NCBI RefSeq assembly: GCF_003790525.1
Contig: NZ_CP033635.1
DNA length: 64,000 nt
Source: Escherichia coli
GTDB lineage: Bacteria; Pseudomonadota; Gammaproteobacteria; Enterobacterales; Enterobacteriaceae
Direction: 5' to 3' (one strand)
Shown here: piece after piece, positions 1 through 12,546 of the stretch
Layout: each line of letters starts with the position of its first letter
How positions within the stretch are numbered: the first letter of the stretch is position 1
The notes under the pieces: generated by a model
Told to the model about the DNA's origin: nothing
What the model saw: only the letters and a program-made list of their open reading frames with translations
Databases searched by the model: none
Program-made: the position numbers and the translations under genes

Positions 1-340
1 TATAGATACCAAAAGCGGTCACATCGGCGATGGCGACAATTAGGATTTCAAAGCAGTAGGTCCAGCCGGTAATGTAACCTGCCAGCGGTCCGAGGTTTTC
101 CTGCGCATAACGCGAGAAAGAGCTGGCGGCCGGGTTATGTACCGACATTTCCCCCAGCGCGCGCATAATGATATACGCCGCGATACCACCGATAATATAG
201 GCCAACAACACGCTTGGACCGGCCATTTTGATGGCATCTGCCGAACCGTAAAACAGCCCGGTGCCAATTGCTGAACCCAGTGCCATAAAGCGTATGTGTC
301 GGGTACTTAGCCCACGCTTTAGCTTGTTCTTACTTTCCAT
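1..340 (-). CDS. proY: Proline-specific permease ProY, N-terminal part; gene continues beyond the window start
   Basis: Reverse-complement translation from ATG at 338-340 reads [41 protein letters not shown]..., an APC-family amino-acid permease N-terminus; no stop before window edge, so absent from the ORF track. Confidence 0.8.
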   Translation of the reverse strand, partial: MESKNKLKRGLSTRHIRFMALGSAIGTGLFYGSADAIKMAGPSVLLAYIIGGIAAYIIMRALGEMSVHNPAASSFSRYAQENLGPLAGYITGWTYCFEILIVAIADVTAFGIY

Positions 341-362
341 CAATTCCTAACCCATCAACACA

Positions 363-396
363 ATAAAAAACCACGGGGCATCGCAGCCCCGTGGTT
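363..396 (-). terminator. Rho-independent terminator downstream of brnQ
   Basis: Inverted repeat ccacggggc / gccccgtgg (371-394) with an A-run on the plus strand at 365-370, i.e. a T-run after the hairpin on the minus strand. Confidence 0.6.
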
Positions 397-415
397 AAAA
401 CAAATGTTCAGTGAT

Positions 416-1735
416 TTAGTGAGCGCTGGAGGTCACCTGACGACCTGCCGCACGATCCCAGATAATGGCCAGAACCACCATCACCACTGTTGGCATTAAC
501 CACGCCAGACCTTGTTCGGCCAGCGGTAAACGCTGCGCCCAGGACGGTAAGATATCGCTGAATGCAGATGCCTTGATCCCGTCGAGAATACCAAAAAGCA
601 GGCTGATAAACATCGGCGGAGCAATCACGCGGGACGAATTATGCCACCATGAGCGTGTAAAACTTAATACAACCAGTGCGATACACGGCGGATAAATGGC
701 GGTCAACACCGGTACAGAGATCTGAATCAGCTGGCTCAAGCCGAGGTTAGACACCACCATCGAGAAGCCGCCGAGGATAAACACCAGCGTACGATAAGAG
801 AGCGGTACGTACTGGGCGAAGAATTCTGCACAAGCACAGGTCAGGCCAACCGCCGTGACCAGGCAGGCGATGAAGATTAACGCCGCCAGCAGGAAGCTAC
901 CGCCGCCGCCAAAGGTATGCTGAACGTAAGCATGCAGGATCGCCGCACCGTTTGCAGACTGATCGACCAGCGACGCGCTGTCTGAACCCAGACGGAACAG
1001 CGCCAGATACAGCAGAGTCAGACCAACACCCGCCATCAGGCCAGCCCAGACGGTATAACGGGTCAGCAGACGCGCTTCGGTAACGCCACGAGAACGCGCC
1101 GCGTTAACAATAACGATACCAAACACCATTGCGCCCAGCGTATCCATGGTCAGATAGCCGTTGACGAAGCCGTTAGAAAACGCAGCGTTTTGATAAGCCT
1201 CAGTCGCCGTGCTGATAGAACCCGCCGGCCAGATAATTGCGGCAACAGACAGGATGACCAGCGCGATAATTTTCAGCGGCGCAAGGAAGTTGCCCACGGT
1301 ATCCAGCAGCTTGCCCGGATAGAGCGAAACCAGAATAACGATAGCGAAATAAACCAGGCTGTAGATAAACAGCGGCAACGCGGAATCACCCGTCAGCGGC
1401 GCAATGCCCACTTCAAAAGAAACGGTAGCTGTACGCGGCGTAGCGAAAAGCGGCCCCACCGCCAGGTAACACACCGTTGCCAGCAGTACGCCAGCGACTT
1501 TACCGATTGGCGTGCTGAGGCTGTCAACACCGCCGCCAACTTTCGCCAGCGCCACCACCGTTAACACCGGTAGGCCAACGGCAGTAATGAGGAAACCGAA
1601 TGCCGCAGTCCAGACGTGTTCGCCTGCCTGCAAGCCGACCATTGGAGGGAAAATAATGTTACCTGCGCCGACGAACAACGCAAATGTCATAAAGCCCAGA
1701 GCGATGATATCGCGCGATCTTAATTGATGGGTCAT
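416..1735 (-). CDS. brnQ: Branched-chain amino acid transporter BrnQ
   Basis: 439-aa ORF, multi-pass hydrophobic membrane protein ([31 protein letters not shown]...); position next to phoR matches E. coli synteny. Confidence 0.93.
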   Translation of the reverse strand: MTHQLRSRDIIALGFMTFALFVGAGNIIFPPMVGLQAGEHVWTAAFGFLITAVGLPVLTVVALAKVGGGVDSLSTPIGKVAGVLLATVCYLAVGPLFATPRTATVSFEVGIAPLTGDSALPLFIYSLVYFAIVILVSLYPGKLLDTVGNFLAPLKIIALVILSVAAIIWPAGSISTATEAYQNAAFSNGFVNGYLTMDTLGAMVFGIVIVNAARSRGVTEARLLTRYTVWAGLMAGVGLTLLYLALFRLGSDSASLVDQSANGAAILHAYVQHTFGGGGSFLLAALIFIACLVTAVGLTCACAEFFAQYVPLSYRTLVFILGGFSMVVSNLGLSQLIQISVPVLTAIYPPCIALVVLSFTRSWWHNSSRVIAPPMFISLLFGILDGIKASAFSDILPSWAQRLPLAEQGLAWLMPTVVMVVLAIIWDRAAGRQVTSSAH

Positions 1736-2084
1736 AAATCATACTGCCTGTGGATGTGGTGTTGTAACGTTAAATTTTTGTGCCAATCCCTGGGGATGAT
1801 ACAGCGGTATATTTAAACAATTTTAGCGGGAAATACTCCCAACCAGGCGCGGCGAAGAATAGTTTTTCGATTTACCGCGTAAATGCAGTCAGTATGACAG
1901 CACCTGAAGCGCAATTTAAACGCTTATAACGTTTTAAAGCAAGAAGGGATCTAAAAACCAGAGGTATATAGCGATAAGAAATCACCAACCAGTATAAAAC
2001 ACTATTTCAATGAAAAAGACATGGCTAATCATGCGAACAAAAAATCACCAACCATTGTAAAATCTAACGCCCGTATTTCGACTG

Positions 2085-2114
2085 CAAAGAAAATAAGCCA
2101 GCATCGGCTGGCTT
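2085..2114 (-). terminator. Putative rho-independent terminator downstream of phoR
   Basis: Hairpin aagccagc / gctggctt (2095-2114) followed on the minus strand by a T-rich run (plus aagaaaat, 2087-2094). Confidence 0.45.
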
Positions 2115-2141
2115 ATGGCAATAAAAGATGACAAAGGCGAA

Positions 2142-3437
2142 TTAATCGCTGTTTTTGGCAATTAAACGTTCCGGGATAACAAAACTGAAACGTGTACCTT
2201 TTCCTACTGTACTCTCAATATTCAGGCGACTTTCGTGATGATTCACCGCATGTTTCACGATCGCTAACCCTAATCCGCTACCACCGGTTTGCCGGGAACG
2301 CGCTTTATCAACGCGATAAAAACGCTCGGTCAGGCGCGGAATATGCTCCGGTGCAATGCCCGGTCCGTTATCTTCAACGCTAAATTCGGCACCATGCGGC
2401 ACTCGCTGCCAGCGTACGGTGATATGCGTGCCTTCCGGCGTATGATTCACGGCGTTATAGACCAGGTTCGAAATCGCACTGCGTAGCTGATCTTCGCTGC
2501 CTGACACCTTGAGGCCGTTATCTATCTCAAAGGTAAATGTCTGTTTTTTCTGACTCAGAGTCTGAGCCTCGCGCTCAACAACGCGCAGCATCATCGGCAC
2601 ATCAACCTTTTCATTGAGCAACTGCGTCGGTGCGGCTTCTATTTTCGACAGCGTCAGCAATTGCTTCACCAGCCCTTCCATCCGCTGTGTCTGCTCGCGC
2701 ATGGTGTGCAACGCTTTTTCACGTACCGCGCCTTCCAGCGGTTGCTCATCCATCATCTCCAGGTAACCCTGTAACACGGTCAATGGCGTACGTAACTCAT
2801 GGCTCACGTTGGCAAAAAAGTTACGCCGCGCCCCTTCCAGTTGATGCATTTGCGTCACATCACGCGCCACCATCAGCAACTGTTTGTGGGTATAAGGCAT
2901 GACGCGAATTTCCAGATGCCGCCCGGTATTGAGCACCAGATTGAGCGGGCGAGAAAAATCACGCGTTTTCAGATATTGCGTAAACTCCGGATAACGAAGC
3001 AGATTAAGGATGTTCTGCCCGTTATCTTCCGGCCAGCGCAAACCAAGAATTTGTTGCGCCAGACCATTACACCAGAAAATACCGCCCTCTTCCGTGGTCA
3101 GCACCACCGCATCAGGCAGCGACTCCGCGCCGCTACGAAAGCGTTTAATCAGATTGCCCAGTTCGCGGCGGCGTTTTTTATTTCGCAACTGCATCTGGTG
3201 TAATCCGTATAGCAGCGGTTCCCAGCTACCACGCCCCGGTGGCGGGGTCATACTACGATCCACCCACAGCCACCATGAAAGGCGCAATAAATTCCAGAAA
3301 TGCCAGATAAGCAGTCCCGTTACCGATGCCAGCAAAAACCAGGGCAGGTAACCAAAAAATGCACCCAGGATGAAAGCCGGGAGGCAGCAAAGTAGCAGCT
3401 CCAGCACCAGCCTTTTCCACGACAGCCGTTCCAGCAC
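2142..3437 (-). CDS. phoR: Phosphate regulon sensor histidine kinase PhoR
   Basis: 431-aa ORF with N-terminal TM segment, H-box ([11 protein letters not shown]) and C-terminal ATPase motifs ([17 protein letters not shown]); directly downstream of phoB. Confidence 0.95.
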   Translation of the reverse strand: MLERLSWKRLVLELLLCCLPAFILGAFFGYLPWFLLASVTGLLIWHFWNLLRLSWWLWVDRSMTPPPGRGSWEPLLYGLHQMQLRNKKRRRELGNLIKRFRSGAESLPDAVVLTTEEGGIFWCNGLAQQILGLRWPEDNGQNILNLLRYPEFTQYLKTRDFSRPLNLVLNTGRHLEIRVMPYTHKQLLMVARDVTQMHQLEGARRNFFANVSHELRTPLTVLQGYLEMMDEQPLEGAVREKALHTMREQTQRMEGLVKQLLTLSKIEAAPTQLLNEKVDVPMMLRVVEREAQTLSQKKQTFTFEIDNGLKVSGSEDQLRSAISNLVYNAVNHTPEGTHITVRWQRVPHGAEFSVEDNGPGIAPEHIPRLTERFYRVDKARSRQTGGSGLGLAIVKHAVNHHESRLNIESTVGKGTRFSFVIPERLIAKNSD

Positions 3438-3494
3438 GTAAGATACTCCAGTTAAGAATTCATAAGCCCTGCTCTGCGTCCGATGAGCAAGGCG

Positions 3495-4184
3495 TTAAAA
3501 GCGGGTTGAAAAACGATATCCTGTACCGCGCACGGTCTGCACCATGCGGTCATGCCCGCCGGGCTCCAGTGCTTTACGCAGGCGACGAATGTGGACATCG
3601 ACCGTACGATCTTCCACATACACGTTGGTTCCCCAGACGTGGTTTAACAGCTGCTCGCGGCTGTACACGCGCTCAGGATGCGTCATAAAAAAGTGCAGCA
3701 GTTTAAATTCTGTCGGCCCCATCTCCAGCGGTTCTTCGCCCGCCATCACCCGGTGAGATGTCGGGTCGAGACTGAGCCCCTGCATCTCAATCACCTCTTC
3801 CACCGCCATTGGCGAAATACGGCGCATTACCGCTTTGATTCGCGCCACCAGCTCCTTCGGCGAAAACGGCTTGGTGATATAGTCATCCGCACCGGTTTCA
3901 AGGCCGCGCACGCGATCTTCTTCTTCCCCTCTGGCGGTCAACATCACCACTGGAATATCCCGGGTCATCGACTCGCGCTTGAGGTGTTTGATGAACTGGA
4001 TACCGGAGCCGCCAGGTAACATCCAGTCAAGGAGAATTAAATCCGGCCAGGGTTCATTCAGTTGATTCACAGCACTGTCATAATCTTCCGCTTCGACCGG
4101 CTGAAAGCCATTTTGTTCGAGCACGAAGCAGACCATTTCGCGAATTGGTGCTTCATCTTCTACGACCAGAATACGTCTCGCCAT
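3495..4184 (-). CDS. phoB: Phosphate regulon response regulator PhoB
   Basis: 229-aa [32 protein letters not shown]..., OmpR/PhoB-family receiver plus winged-helix domain. Confidence 0.97.
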
Positions 4185-4230
4185 GATTTGCCCTGTTGTA
4201 ATAAATAGGTTGCGATCATTAATGCGACGT

Positions 4231-4266
4231 CATTATGCGTCAGATTTATGACAGATTTATGAAAAG
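4231..4266 (-). promoter_or_regulatory. Pho box (tandem PhoB sites) in the phoB promoter
   Basis: Minus-strand reading cttttcataaatctgtcataaatctgacgcataatg contains CTGTCATAAATCTG-type direct repeats upstream of phoB. Confidence 0.75.
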
Positions 4267-4373
4267 CTCGTCGCACATATCTTCAGGTTATTGATTTCCG
4301 TGGCGCAGAAAAAAGCAAATGGCACATCTGTTTGGGTATAATCGCGCCCATGCTTTTTCGCCAGGGAACCGTT

Positions 4374-5576
4374 ATGCGCATCCTTCACACCTCAGACTGG
4401 CATCTCGGCCAGAACTTCTACAGTAAAAGCCGCGAAGCTGAACATCAGGCTTTTCTTGACTGGCTGCTGGAGACAGCACAAACCCATCAGGTGGATGCGA
4501 TTATTGTTGCTGGTGATGTTTTCGATACCGGCTCACCGCCCAGTTACGCCCGCACGTTATACAACCGTTTTGTTGTCAATTTACAGCAAACTGGCTGTCA
4601 TCTGGTGGTACTGGCAGGAAACCATGACTCGGTCGCCACGCTGAATGAATCGCGCGATATCATGGCGTTCCTCAATACTACCGTGGTCGCCAGCGCCGGA
4701 CATGCGCCGCAAATCTTGCCTCGTCGCGACGGGACGCCAGGCGCAGTGCTGTGCCCCATACCTTTTTTACGCCCGCGTGACATTATTACCAGCCAGGCGG
4801 GGCTTAACGGTATTGAAAAACAGCAGCATTTGCTGGCGGCTATTACTGATTATTATCAACAACATTATGCCGATGCCTGCAAACTGCGCGGCGATCAGCC
4901 TCTGCCCATCATCGCCACGGGACATTTAACGACCGTGGGTGCCAGTAAAAGTGACGCCGTGCGTGACATTTATATTGGCACGCTGGACGCGTTTCCGGCA
5001 CAAAACTTTCCACCAGCCGACTACATCGCGCTCGGGCATATTCACCGCGCGCAGATTATTGGCGGCATGGAACATGTTCGCTATTGCGGTTCCCCCATAC
5101 CACTGAGTTTTGATGAATGCGGTAAGAGTAAATATGTCCATCTGGTGACATTTTCAAACGGCAAATTAGAGAGCGTGGAAAACCTGAACGTACCGGTAAC
5201 GCAACCCATGGCGGTGCTGAAAGGCGATCTGGCGTCGATTACCGAACAGCTGGAACAGTGGCGCGATGTATCACAGGAGCCACCTGTCTGGCTGGATATC
5301 GAAATCACTACTGATGAGTATCTGCATGATATTCAGCGCAAAATCCAGGCATTAACCGAATCATTGCCCGTTGAAGTATTGCTGGTACGCCGGAGTCGTG
5401 AACAGCGCGAGCGTGTGTTAGCCAGCCAACAGCGTGAAACCCTCAGCGAACTCAGCGTCGAAGAGGTGTTCAATCGCCGTCTGGCACTGGAAGAACTGGA
5501 TGAATCACAGCAGCAACGTCTGCAGCATCTTTTCGCCACGACATTGCATAGCCTCGCCGGAGAACACGAAGCATGA
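4374..5576 (+). CDS. sbcD: SbcCD nuclease subunit SbcD (Mre11-like phosphoesterase)
   Basis: ORF 4332-5576; start placed at [13 protein letters not shown]... (calcineurin-like phosphoesterase motifs DWHLG, GNHD); 4-bp overlap with sbcC. Confidence 0.92.
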   Translation: MRILHTSDWHLGQNFYSKSREAEHQAFLDWLLETAQTHQVDAIIVAGDVFDTGSPPSYARTLYNRFVVNLQQTGCHLVVLAGNHDSVATLNESRDIMAFLNTTVVASAGHAPQILPRRDGTPGAVLCPIPFLRPRDIITSQAGLNGIEKQQHLLAAITDYYQQHYADACKLRGDQPLPIIATGHLTTVGASKSDAVRDIYIGTLDAFPAQNFPPADYIALGHIHRAQIIGGMEHVRYCGSPIPLSFDECGKSKYVHLVTFSNGKLESVENLNVPVTQPMAVLKGDLASITEQLEQWRDVSQEPPVWLDIEITTDEYLHDIQRKIQALTESLPVEVLLVRRSREQRERVLASQQRETLSELSVEEVFNRRLALEELDESQQQRLQHLFATTLHSLAGEHEA

Positions 5577-8500
5577 AAATTCTCAGCCTGCGCCTGAAAA
5601 ACCTGAACTCATTAAAAGGCGAATGGAAGATTGATTTCACCCGCGAGCCGTTCGCCAGCAACGGGCTGTTTGCTATTACCGGCCCAACCGGTGCGGGGAA
5701 AACCACCCTGCTGGACGCCATTTGTCTGGCGCTGTATCACGAAACCCCGCGCCTCTCTAACGTTTCACAATCGCAAAATGATCTCATGACTCGCGATACC
5801 GCCGAATGTCTGGCGGAAGTGGAGTTTGAAGTCAAAGGTGAAGCGTATCGCGCGTTCTGGAGCCAGAATCGGGCGCGTAACCAGCCGGACGGTAATTTGC
5901 AGGTGCCACGCGTAGAGCTGGCGCGCTGCGCAGACGGCAAAATTCTCGCCGACAAAGTGAAAGATAAGCTGGAACTGACGGCGACGTTAACCGGACTGGA
6001 TTACGGGCGCTTCACCCGTTCGATGCTGCTTTCGCAGGGGCAATTTGCTGCCTTCCTGAATGCCAAACCCAAAGAACGCGCGGAATTGCTCGAGGAGTTA
6101 ACCGGCACTGAAATCTACGGGAAAATCTCTGCGATGGTTTTTGAGCAGCACAAATCGGCCCGCACAGAGCTGGAGAAGCTGCAAGCGCAGGCCAGCGGCG
6201 TCGCGTTGCTCACGCCAGAACAAGTGCAATCGCTGACAGCGAGTTTGCAGGTACTTACTGACGAAGAAAAACAGTTAATTACCGCGCAGCAGCAAGAACA
6301 ACAATCGCTAAACTGGTTAACGCGTCTGGACGAATTGCAGCAAGAAGGCAGCCGCCGTCAACAGGCCTTGCAACAGGCATTAGCCGAAGAAGAAAAAGCG
6401 CAACCTCAACTGGCGGCGCTCAGTCTGGCACAACCGGCACGAAATCTTCGTCCACACTGGGAACGCATCGCAGAACACAGCGCGGCGCTGGCGCATACTC
6501 GCCAGCAGATTGAAGAAGTAAATACTCGCTTACAGAGCACAATGGCGCTTCGGGCGAGCATTCGCCACCACGCGGCGAAGCAGTCAGCAGAATTACAGCA
6601 GCAGCAACAAAGTCTGAATGCCTGGTTACAGGAACACGACCGCTTCCGTCAGTGGAACAACGAACTGGCGGGTTGGCGTGCGCAGTTCTCCCAACAAACC
6701 AGCGATCGCGAGCATCTGCGGCAATGGCAGCAACAGTTAACCCATGCAGAGCAAAAACTTAATGCGCTTGCGGCGATTACGTTGACGTTAACCGCCGATG
6801 AAGTTGCTAGCGCCCTGGCGCAACATGCCGAGCAACGCCCACTGCGTCAGCGCCTGGTCGCGCTGCATGGACAGATTGTTCCCCAACAAAAACGTCTGGC
6901 GCAGTTACAGGTCGCTATCCAGAATGTCACTCTGGAACAGACGCAACGTAACGCCGCACTTAACGAAATGCGCCAGCGTTATAAAGAAAAGATGCAGCAA
7001 CTTGCCGATGTCAAAACCATTTGCGAGCAGGAAGCACGCATCAAAACGCTGGAAGCCCAGCGCGCGCAGTTACAGGCGGGTCAGCCTTGTCCACTTTGTG
7101 GTTCCACCAGCCACCCGGCGGTCGAGGCGTATCAGGCGCTGGAGCCTGGCGTTAATCAGGCCCGGCTATTAACGCTGGAAAAAGAAGTGAAAAAGCTCGG
7201 CGAAGAAGGTGCGGCGCTACGTGGGCAACTGGATGCATTAACGAAGCAGCTTCAGCGCGATGAAAACGAAGCGCAAAGCCTCCGACAAGATGAGCAAGCA
7301 CTTACTCAACAATGGCAAGCCGTCACGGCCAGCCTCAATATCACCCTGCAGCCACAGGACGATATTCAACCGTGGCTAGATGCACAAGATGAGCACGAAC
7401 GCCAGCTGCGGTTACTCAGCCAACGGCATGAATTACAAGGGCAGATTGCCGCGCATAATCAGCAAATTATCCAGTATCAACAGCAAATTGAACAACGCCA
7501 GCAGCAACTCTTAACGGCATTGGCGGGTTATGCGCTGACATTGCCACAGGAAGATGAAGAAGAGAGCTGGTTGGCGGCGCGTCAGCAAGAAGCGCAGCGC
7601 TGGCAGCAACGCCAGAACGAATTAACCGCGCTGCAAAACCGTATTCAGCAACTGACGCCGATTCTGGAAACGTTGCCGCAAAGTGATGAACTCCCGCACT
7701 GCGAAGAAACTGTGGTACTGGAAAACTGGCGGCAGGTACATGAACAATGTCTCGCACTACACAGCCAGCAACAGACGTTACAGCAACAGGACGTTCTGGC
7801 GGCGCAAAGTCTGCAAAAAGCCCAGGCGCAGTTTGACACCGCGCTACAGGCGAGCGTCTTTGACGATCAACAGGCGTTCCTTGCGGCGCTAATGGATGAA
7901 CAAACACTAACGCAGCTGGAACAGCTCAAGCAGAATCTGGAAAACCAGCGCCGTCAGGCGCAAACGCTGGTCACTCAGACAGCAGAAGCGCTGGCACAGC
8001 ATCAGCAACACCGACCTGACGGCCTGGATCTCAGTGTGACGGTGGAGCAGATTCAGCAAGAGTTAGCGCAAACTCAGCAAAAGTTGCGTGAAAATACCAC
8101 CAGTCAGGGCGAGATTCGCCAGCAGCTGAAGCAGGATGCAGACAACCGTCAGCAACAACAAACCTTAATGCAGCAAATTGCTCAAATGACGCAGCAGGTT
8201 GAGGACTGGGGATATCTGAATTCGCTAATAGGTTCCAAAGAGGGCGATAAATTCCGCAAGTTTGCCCAGGGGCTGACGCTGGATAATTTAGTCCATCTCG
8301 CTAATCAGCAACTTACCCGGCTGCACGGGCGCTATCTGTTACAGCGCAAAGCCAGCGAGGCGCTGGAAGTCGAGGTTGTTGATACCTGGCAGGCAGATGC
8401 GGTACGCGATACCCGTACCCTTTCCGGCGGCGAAAGTTTCCTCGTCAGTCTGGCGCTGGCGCTGGCGCTTTCGGATCTGGTCAGCCATAAAACGCGTATT

Positions 8501-8716
8501 GACTCGCTGTTCCTTGATGAAGGTTTTGGCACGCTGGATAGCGAAACGCTGGATACCGCCCTTGATGCGCTGGATGCCCTGAATGCCAGTGGCAAAACCA
8601 TCGGTGTGATTAGCCACGTTGAAGCGATGAAAGAGCGTATTCCGGTGCAGATCAAAGTGAAAAAGATCAACGGCCTGGGCTACAGCAAACTGGAAAGTGC
8701 GTTTGCAGTGAAATAA
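5573..8716 (+). CDS. sbcC: SbcCD nuclease ATPase subunit SbcC (Rad50-like SMC protein)
   Basis: 1047-aa ORF with N-terminal Walker A (GPTGAGKTT), long Q/L/E-rich coiled coil, CPLCG zinc hook, C-terminal signature [15 protein letters not shown] and Walker B ([11 protein letters not shown]). Confidence 0.95.
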   Translation: MKILSLRLKNLNSLKGEWKIDFTREPFASNGLFAITGPTGAGKTTLLDAICLALYHETPRLSNVSQSQNDLMTRDTAECLAEVEFEVKGEAYRAFWSQNRARNQPDGNLQVPRVELARCADGKILADKVKDKLELTATLTGLDYGRFTRSMLLSQGQFAAFLNAKPKERAELLEELTGTEIYGKISAMVFEQHKSARTELEKLQAQASGVALLTPEQVQSLTASLQVLTDEEKQLITAQQQEQQSLNWLTRLDELQQEGSRRQQALQQALAEEEKAQPQLAALSLAQPARNLRPHWERIAEHSAALAHTRQQIEEVNTRLQSTMALRASIRHHAAKQSAELQQQQQSLNAWLQEHDRFRQWNNELAGWRAQFSQQTSDREHLRQWQQQLTHAEQKLNALAAITLTLTADEVASALAQHAEQRPLRQRLVALHGQIVPQQKRLAQLQVAIQNVTLEQTQRNAALNEMRQRYKEKMQQLADVKTICEQEARIKTLEAQRAQLQAGQPCPLCGSTSHPAVEAYQALEPGVNQARLLTLEKEVKKLGEEGAALRGQLDALTKQLQRDENEAQSLRQDEQALTQQWQAVTASLNITLQPQDDIQPWLDAQDEHERQLRLLSQRHELQGQIAAHNQQIIQYQQQIEQRQQQLLTALAGYALTLPQEDEEESWLAARQQEAQRWQQRQNELTALQNRIQQLTPILETLPQSDELPHCEETVVLENWRQVHEQCLALHSQQQTLQQQDVLAAQSLQKAQAQFDTALQASVFDDQQAFLAALMDEQTLTQLEQLKQNLENQRRQAQTLVTQTAEALAQHQQHRPDGLDLSVTVEQIQQELAQTQQKLRENTTSQGEIRQQLKQDADNRQQQQTLMQQIAQMTQQVEDWGYLNSLIGSKEGDKFRKFAQGLTLDNLVHLANQQLTRLHGRYLLQRKASEALEVEVVDTWQADAVRDTRTLSGGESFLVSLALALALSDLVSHKTRIDSLFLDEGFGTLDSETLDTALDALDALNASGKTIGVISHVEAMKERIPVQIKVKKINGLGYSKLESAFAVK

Positions 8717-8841
8717 CTATTCAGCAGGATAATGAATACAGAGGGGCGAATTATCTCTTGGCCTCGCTGGTCGTTATCCTGCAAGCTATCACTTTATTGG
8801 CTACGGTGATTAGTAGCCGTTCTGGTGGTTGTGATGGTGGT

Positions 8842-10026
8842 ATGAAAAAAGTCATTTTATCTTTGGCTCTGGGCACGTTTGGTTTGGGGATGGCCGAATT
8901 TGGCATTATGGGCGTGCTCACGGAGCTGGCGCATAACGTAGGAATTTCGATTCCTGCTGCCGGGCATATGATCTCGTATTATGCGCTGGGGGTGGTGGTC
9001 GGTGCGCCAATCATCGCACTCTTTTCCAGCCGCTACTCACTCAAACATATCTTATTGTTTCTGGTGGCGTTGTGCGTCATTGGCAACGCCATGTTCACGC
9101 TCTCTTCGTCTTACCTGATGCTCGCCATTGGTCGGCTGGTATCCGGCTTTCCGCATGGCGCATTTTTTGGCGTCGGCGCGATCGTGTTATCAAAAATTAT
9201 CAAACCCGGAAAAGTCACCGCCGCCGTGGCGGGGATGGTTTCCGGGATGACAGTCGCCAATTTGCTGGGCATTCCGCTGGGAACGTATTTAAGTCAGGAA
9301 TTTAGCTGGCGTTACACCTTTTTATTGATCGCTGTTTTTAATATTGTGGTGATGGCATCGGTCTATTTTTGGGTGCCGGATATTCGCGACGAAGCGAAAG
9401 GAAAGCTGCGCGAACAATTTCACTTTTTACGCAGCCCGGCCCCGTGGTTAATTTTCGCCGCCACCATGTTTGGCAACGCAGGTGTATTTGCCTGGTTCAG
9501 CTACGTAAAGCCATACATGATGTTTATTTCCGGTTTTTCGGAAACGGCGATGACCTTTATTATGATGTTAGTGGGGCTAGGGATGGTGCTGGGGAATGTG
9601 CTAAGTGGCCGAATTTCAGGACGTTATTCACCACTGCGCATTGCAGCAGTGACTGACTTTATCATTGTACTGGCACTGCTGATGCTCTTTTTCTGCGGCG
9701 GCATGAAAATAACGTCGCTTATTTTTGCTTTTATTTGTTGCGCGGGATTATTTGCCCTTTCAGCACCTCTGCAAATATTGTTACTGCAAAACGCCAAAGG
9801 CGGAGAGTTATTAGGTGCCGCAGGTGGGCAAATAGCGTTTAACCTCGGTAGCGCCGTCGGCGCATATTGCGGTGGTATGATGCTGACGCTGGGGCTGGCA
9901 TATAATTACGTGGCGCTGCCTGCCGCCCTGCTTTCGTTTGCTGCGATGTCGTCGTTGCTGCTGTATGGTCGCTATAAGCGCCAGCAAGCGGCGGATAGTC
10001 CGGTGCTGGCGAAACCACTGGGGTAG
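8842..10026 (+). CDS. araJ: MFS transporter AraJ
   Basis: ORF 8758-10026; start placed at MKKVILSLALGTFGLGMAEFG...; 12-TM major facilitator profile. Confidence 0.85.
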   Translation: MKKVILSLALGTFGLGMAEFGIMGVLTELAHNVGISIPAAGHMISYYALGVVVGAPIIALFSSRYSLKHILLFLVALCVIGNAMFTLSSSYLMLAIGRLVSGFPHGAFFGVGAIVLSKIIKPGKVTAAVAGMVSGMTVANLLGIPLGTYLSQEFSWRYTFLLIAVFNIVVMASVYFWVPDIRDEAKGKLREQFHFLRSPAPWLIFAATMFGNAGVFAWFSYVKPYMMFISGFSETAMTFIMMLVGLGMVLGNVLSGRISGRYSPLRIAAVTDFIIVLALLMLFFCGGMKITSLIFAFICCAGLFALSAPLQILLLQNAKGGELLGAAGGQIAFNLGSAVGAYCGGMMLTLGLAYNYVALPAALLSFAAMSSLLLYGRYKRQQAADSPVLAKPLG

Positions 10027-10049
10027 ATTACTGTCACGTTGCGCGTTGC

Positions 10050-10145
10050 TTATTGCCGGATGCGGCATGAACGCGTTATCGGCCTGCGTTTCCGGCACAT
10101 TTTGCAGGCCTGATAAGACGCGGCAAGCGTCGCATCAGGCATGAT
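10050..10145. repeat. REP/BIME cluster between convergent araJ and mak
   Basis: Two copies of the REP core (gccggatgcggc...; ...gacgcggcaagcgtcgcatcaggc) in opposite orientation. Confidence 0.7.
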
Positions 10146-10165
10146 GCGCCAATTGCCTGGGTTTT

Positions 10166-11074
10166 TTACTCTTGTGGCCATAACCACGCAGCGCCGCGTA
10201 CGCCGCTGGAATCACCGTGCTTCGCCTTACGCACCGGCGTTTCACATTCGCCGCCGAAGACAAATTGTTTAATCAACTGCGGAACCGTTTGATATAAACG
10301 GTCTACATTGCTCATCCCGCCCCCCAGGACAATCACATCCGGATCGAGAATATTCACGACATGTGCCAGCGATTTTGCCAGCCGCAGCTCGTAGCGACGC
10401 AATGCCAGTTCCGCTACCGGATCGCTTTCTTCAACCAGGCGGATAATTTCACTGCCTTTCAGCGCATGTCCGCTCAAACGATGATAATCCGTCGCGAATC
10501 CCGTGCCCGAAATAAAGGTTTCAATACAACCTTGTTTACCGCAATAACAAGGGACTTCCTCGCGATAACGCAGTTCGTCTTCGTCCATCCACGGTAGCGG
10601 ATTGTGCCCCCACTCGCCTGCCGTGCCATTGCCGCCGATATGCGCCCGCCCATTGAATGCCACGCCCGCGCCGCATCCCGTGCCGATAATCACGGCAAAT
10701 ACCGTCTGTGCTCCCGCTGCCGCGCCATCTACTGCTTCTGAAACCGCCAGACAGTTGGCGTCATTTGCCAGCCGCACTTCCCGCTGCAACCGCGCGCTTA
10801 AGTCTTTATCGAATGGCTGACCGTTAAGCCAGGTTGAATTGGCATTCTTCACCACACCGGTGTAGGGCGAAATCGAACCAGGAATGCCCATACCTACCGT
10901 TCCGCGCTGCCCTGTCGCCTGCTCCGCCATATCAACCAACGTGGCGATCGTTTCAATAGTCTGCCGGTAATCATCACGCGGCGTGGGCAGACGATGGCGG
11001 TACAACTGCTCCCCTGCATCGCCCAGTGCAATCACTTCAGTTTTGGTGCCGCCTAAATCGATACCTATACGCAC
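10166..11074 (-). CDS. mak: Fructokinase / manno(fructo)kinase Mak (ROK family)
   Basis: ORF 10166-11212; start placed at GTG 11072-11074 ([14 protein letters not shown]...) preceded by aaggag RBS; ROK-family sugar kinase motifs. Confidence 0.88.
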   Translation of the reverse strand: MRIGIDLGGTKTEVIALGDAGEQLYRHRLPTPRDDYRQTIETIATLVDMAEQATGQRGTVGMGIPGSISPYTGVVKNANSTWLNGQPFDKDLSARLQREVRLANDANCLAVSEAVDGAAAGAQTVFAVIIGTGCGAGVAFNGRAHIGGNGTAGEWGHNPLPWMDEDELRYREEVPCYCGKQGCIETFISGTGFATDYHRLSGHALKGSEIIRLVEESDPVAELALRRYELRLAKSLAHVVNILDPDVIVLGGGMSNVDRLYQTVPQLIKQFVFGGECETPVRKAKHGDSSGVRGAAWLWPQE

Positions 11075-11198
11075 GGTACTCTCCTTATTTTTTTCAATAT
11101 CAATAGCGTAGAGACGGACAACCGGATTGGCAATGCAAGGCCGCCGACAATTCGTTATCATGCCCGCTAAATTTAACGACAAGGCCGTGGAAATTATC

Positions 11199-12110
11199 AT
11201 GCTGTGGTTCAAAAATTTAATGGTTTACCGTCTTAGCCGCGAGATTTCGTTGCGTGCAGAAGAGATGGAAAAACAGCTAGCCTCAATGGCATTTACCCCA
11301 TGCGGCAGCCAGGACATGGCGAAGATGGGCTGGGTTCCTCCGATGGGATCGCACAGCGATGCGTTAACGCACGTTGCCAATGGTCAAATTGTTATCTGCG
11401 CGCGCAAAGAAGAAAAAATCCTCCCGTCTCCGGTGATTAAACAGGCGCTGGAAGCGAAAATCGCCAAACTGGAAGCGGAACAGGCGCGTAAGCTGAAGAA
11501 AACCGAAAAAGATTCGCTGAAAGACGAAGTGCTGCACTCTCTGCTGCCGCGTGCTTTCAGCCGTTTTAGCCAGACAATGATGTGGATCGACACGGTTAAC
11601 GGTTTGATTATGGTGGACTGCGCCAGCGCCAAAAAAGCGGAAGATACGCTGGCACTGTTGCGTAAAAGCCTGGGGTCGTTACCGGTTGTACCATTGAGCA
11701 TGGAAAACCCGATTGAACTGACGCTGACCGAATGGGTACGTTCCGGCAGCACGGCACAGGGTTTCCAGCTGCTTGATGAAGCCGAGCTGAAATCGTTGCT
11801 GGAAGATGGCGGCGTGATCCGCGCGAAGAAACAAGATCTGACCAGCGAAGAGATCACCAACCACATTGAAGCCGGAAAAGTGGTGACTAAACTGGCGCTT
11901 GACTGGCAGCAGCGCATTCAGTTTGTGATGTGCGACGATGGTTCGCTCAAGCGTCTGAAGTTTTGCGACGAGCTGCGCGATCAAAACGAAGATATCGACC
12001 GTGAAGATTTCGCCCAGCGCTTTGATGCCGATTTCATCCTGATGACTGGTGAACTGGCAGCGTTAATTCAAAACCTGATTGAAGGATTAGGTGGCGAAGC
12101 ACAACGTTAA
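11199..12110 (+). CDS. rdgC: Recombination-associated protein RdgC
   Basis: ORF 11127-12110; start placed at [18 protein letters not shown]...; 303 aa. Confidence 0.92.
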   Translation: MLWFKNLMVYRLSREISLRAEEMEKQLASMAFTPCGSQDMAKMGWVPPMGSHSDALTHVANGQIVICARKEEKILPSPVIKQALEAKIAKLEAEQARKLKKTEKDSLKDEVLHSLLPRAFSRFSQTMMWIDTVNGLIMVDCASAKKAEDTLALLRKSLGSLPVVPLSMENPIELTLTEWVRSGSTAQGFQLLDEAELKSLLEDGGVIRAKKQDLTSEEITNHIEAGKVVTKLALDWQQRIQFVMCDDGSLKRLKFCDELRDQNEDIDREDFAQRFDADFILMTGELAALIQNLIEGLGGEAQR

Positions 12111-12128
12111 TTGCTGATTTGCCTTTAA

Positions 12129-12168
12129 TGCCGGATGCGACGCCTGCGGCGTCTTATCCGGCGTACGA
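12129..12168. repeat. REP element downstream of rdgC
   Basis: gccggatgcgacgcctgcggcgtcttatccggc palindromic REP-type sequence. Confidence 0.65.
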
Positions 12169-12267
12169 ATCCACACCAGGCATATAATCATTCGCTACGG
12201 CGGGCAATAATTTTTAGCGCAGCAATATTATGCGTTTTACGCTGTAACTTGCTCCAGGGGCGTTGTT

Positions 12268-12546
12268 TCATTGTTTTTCCTCAAGCCGGTGACGCGCTTC
12301 ACTGCGAATTTTCCGCGTTGCCCCGATTTTCACTAAATCCCGTAACTGCGAAAGAGCGGGTTGATCGACAAATAAAAGTAATGATGGCTCCTCTTTTAGC
12401 CACGCCGTTTTCACATCGGCAGCCAGCTGTGGATTATTAATAGCCAGCGACCGATCCTGAGACTCAGTCAATGTCGTTAACAACACCGGGGTATGTGCGT
12501 TGCGCAATGCCGTTTGGCGCAAATGAACATTGCGACTTTGCAGCAA
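12268..12546 (-). CDS. Hypothetical small protein; position corresponds to the ykiA locus between ppnP and rdgC
   Basis: 92-aa ORF from the six-frame track; no recognisable domain; overlapped by a 101-aa ORF on the other strand, so coding status is uncertain. Confidence 0.3.
   Translation of the reverse strand: MLQSRNVHLRQTALRNAHTPVLLTTLTESQDRSLAINNPQLAADVKTAWLKEEPSLLLFVDQPALSQLRDLVKIGATRKIRSEARHRLEEKQ

Noticed and set aside
40-267. 75-aa minus-strand ORF at the window start
   Set aside because: It is in a different frame from the open proY reading frame that runs through the same bases; the proY frame gives a clean permease N-terminus.
7467-7907. 146-aa and smaller ORFs antisense to sbcC
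   Set aside because: Embedded in the Q/L/A-rich coiled-coil coding region, whose reverse strand is stop-poor; no start context or domain.
10050-10145. Possible CRISPR-like repeats (recurring 30-40-bp palindromic units in several gaps)
   Set aside because: Units are dispersed singly or in pairs across different intergenic regions, are imperfect palindromes matching REP/BIME, and lack regularly spaced unique spacers or adjacent cas genes.
10166-11212. Long 5' extensions in the ORF track (mak to 11212, lacI from 50528, proC from 15463, rdgC from 11127, mhpC to 46871, sbmA to 24580 and others)
   Set aside because: Track reports the longest possible ORF; starts were moved to the codon matching the recalled mature N-terminus and/or an RBS (e.g. 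aaggag before the mak GTG) and avoiding overlap with the upstream gene.
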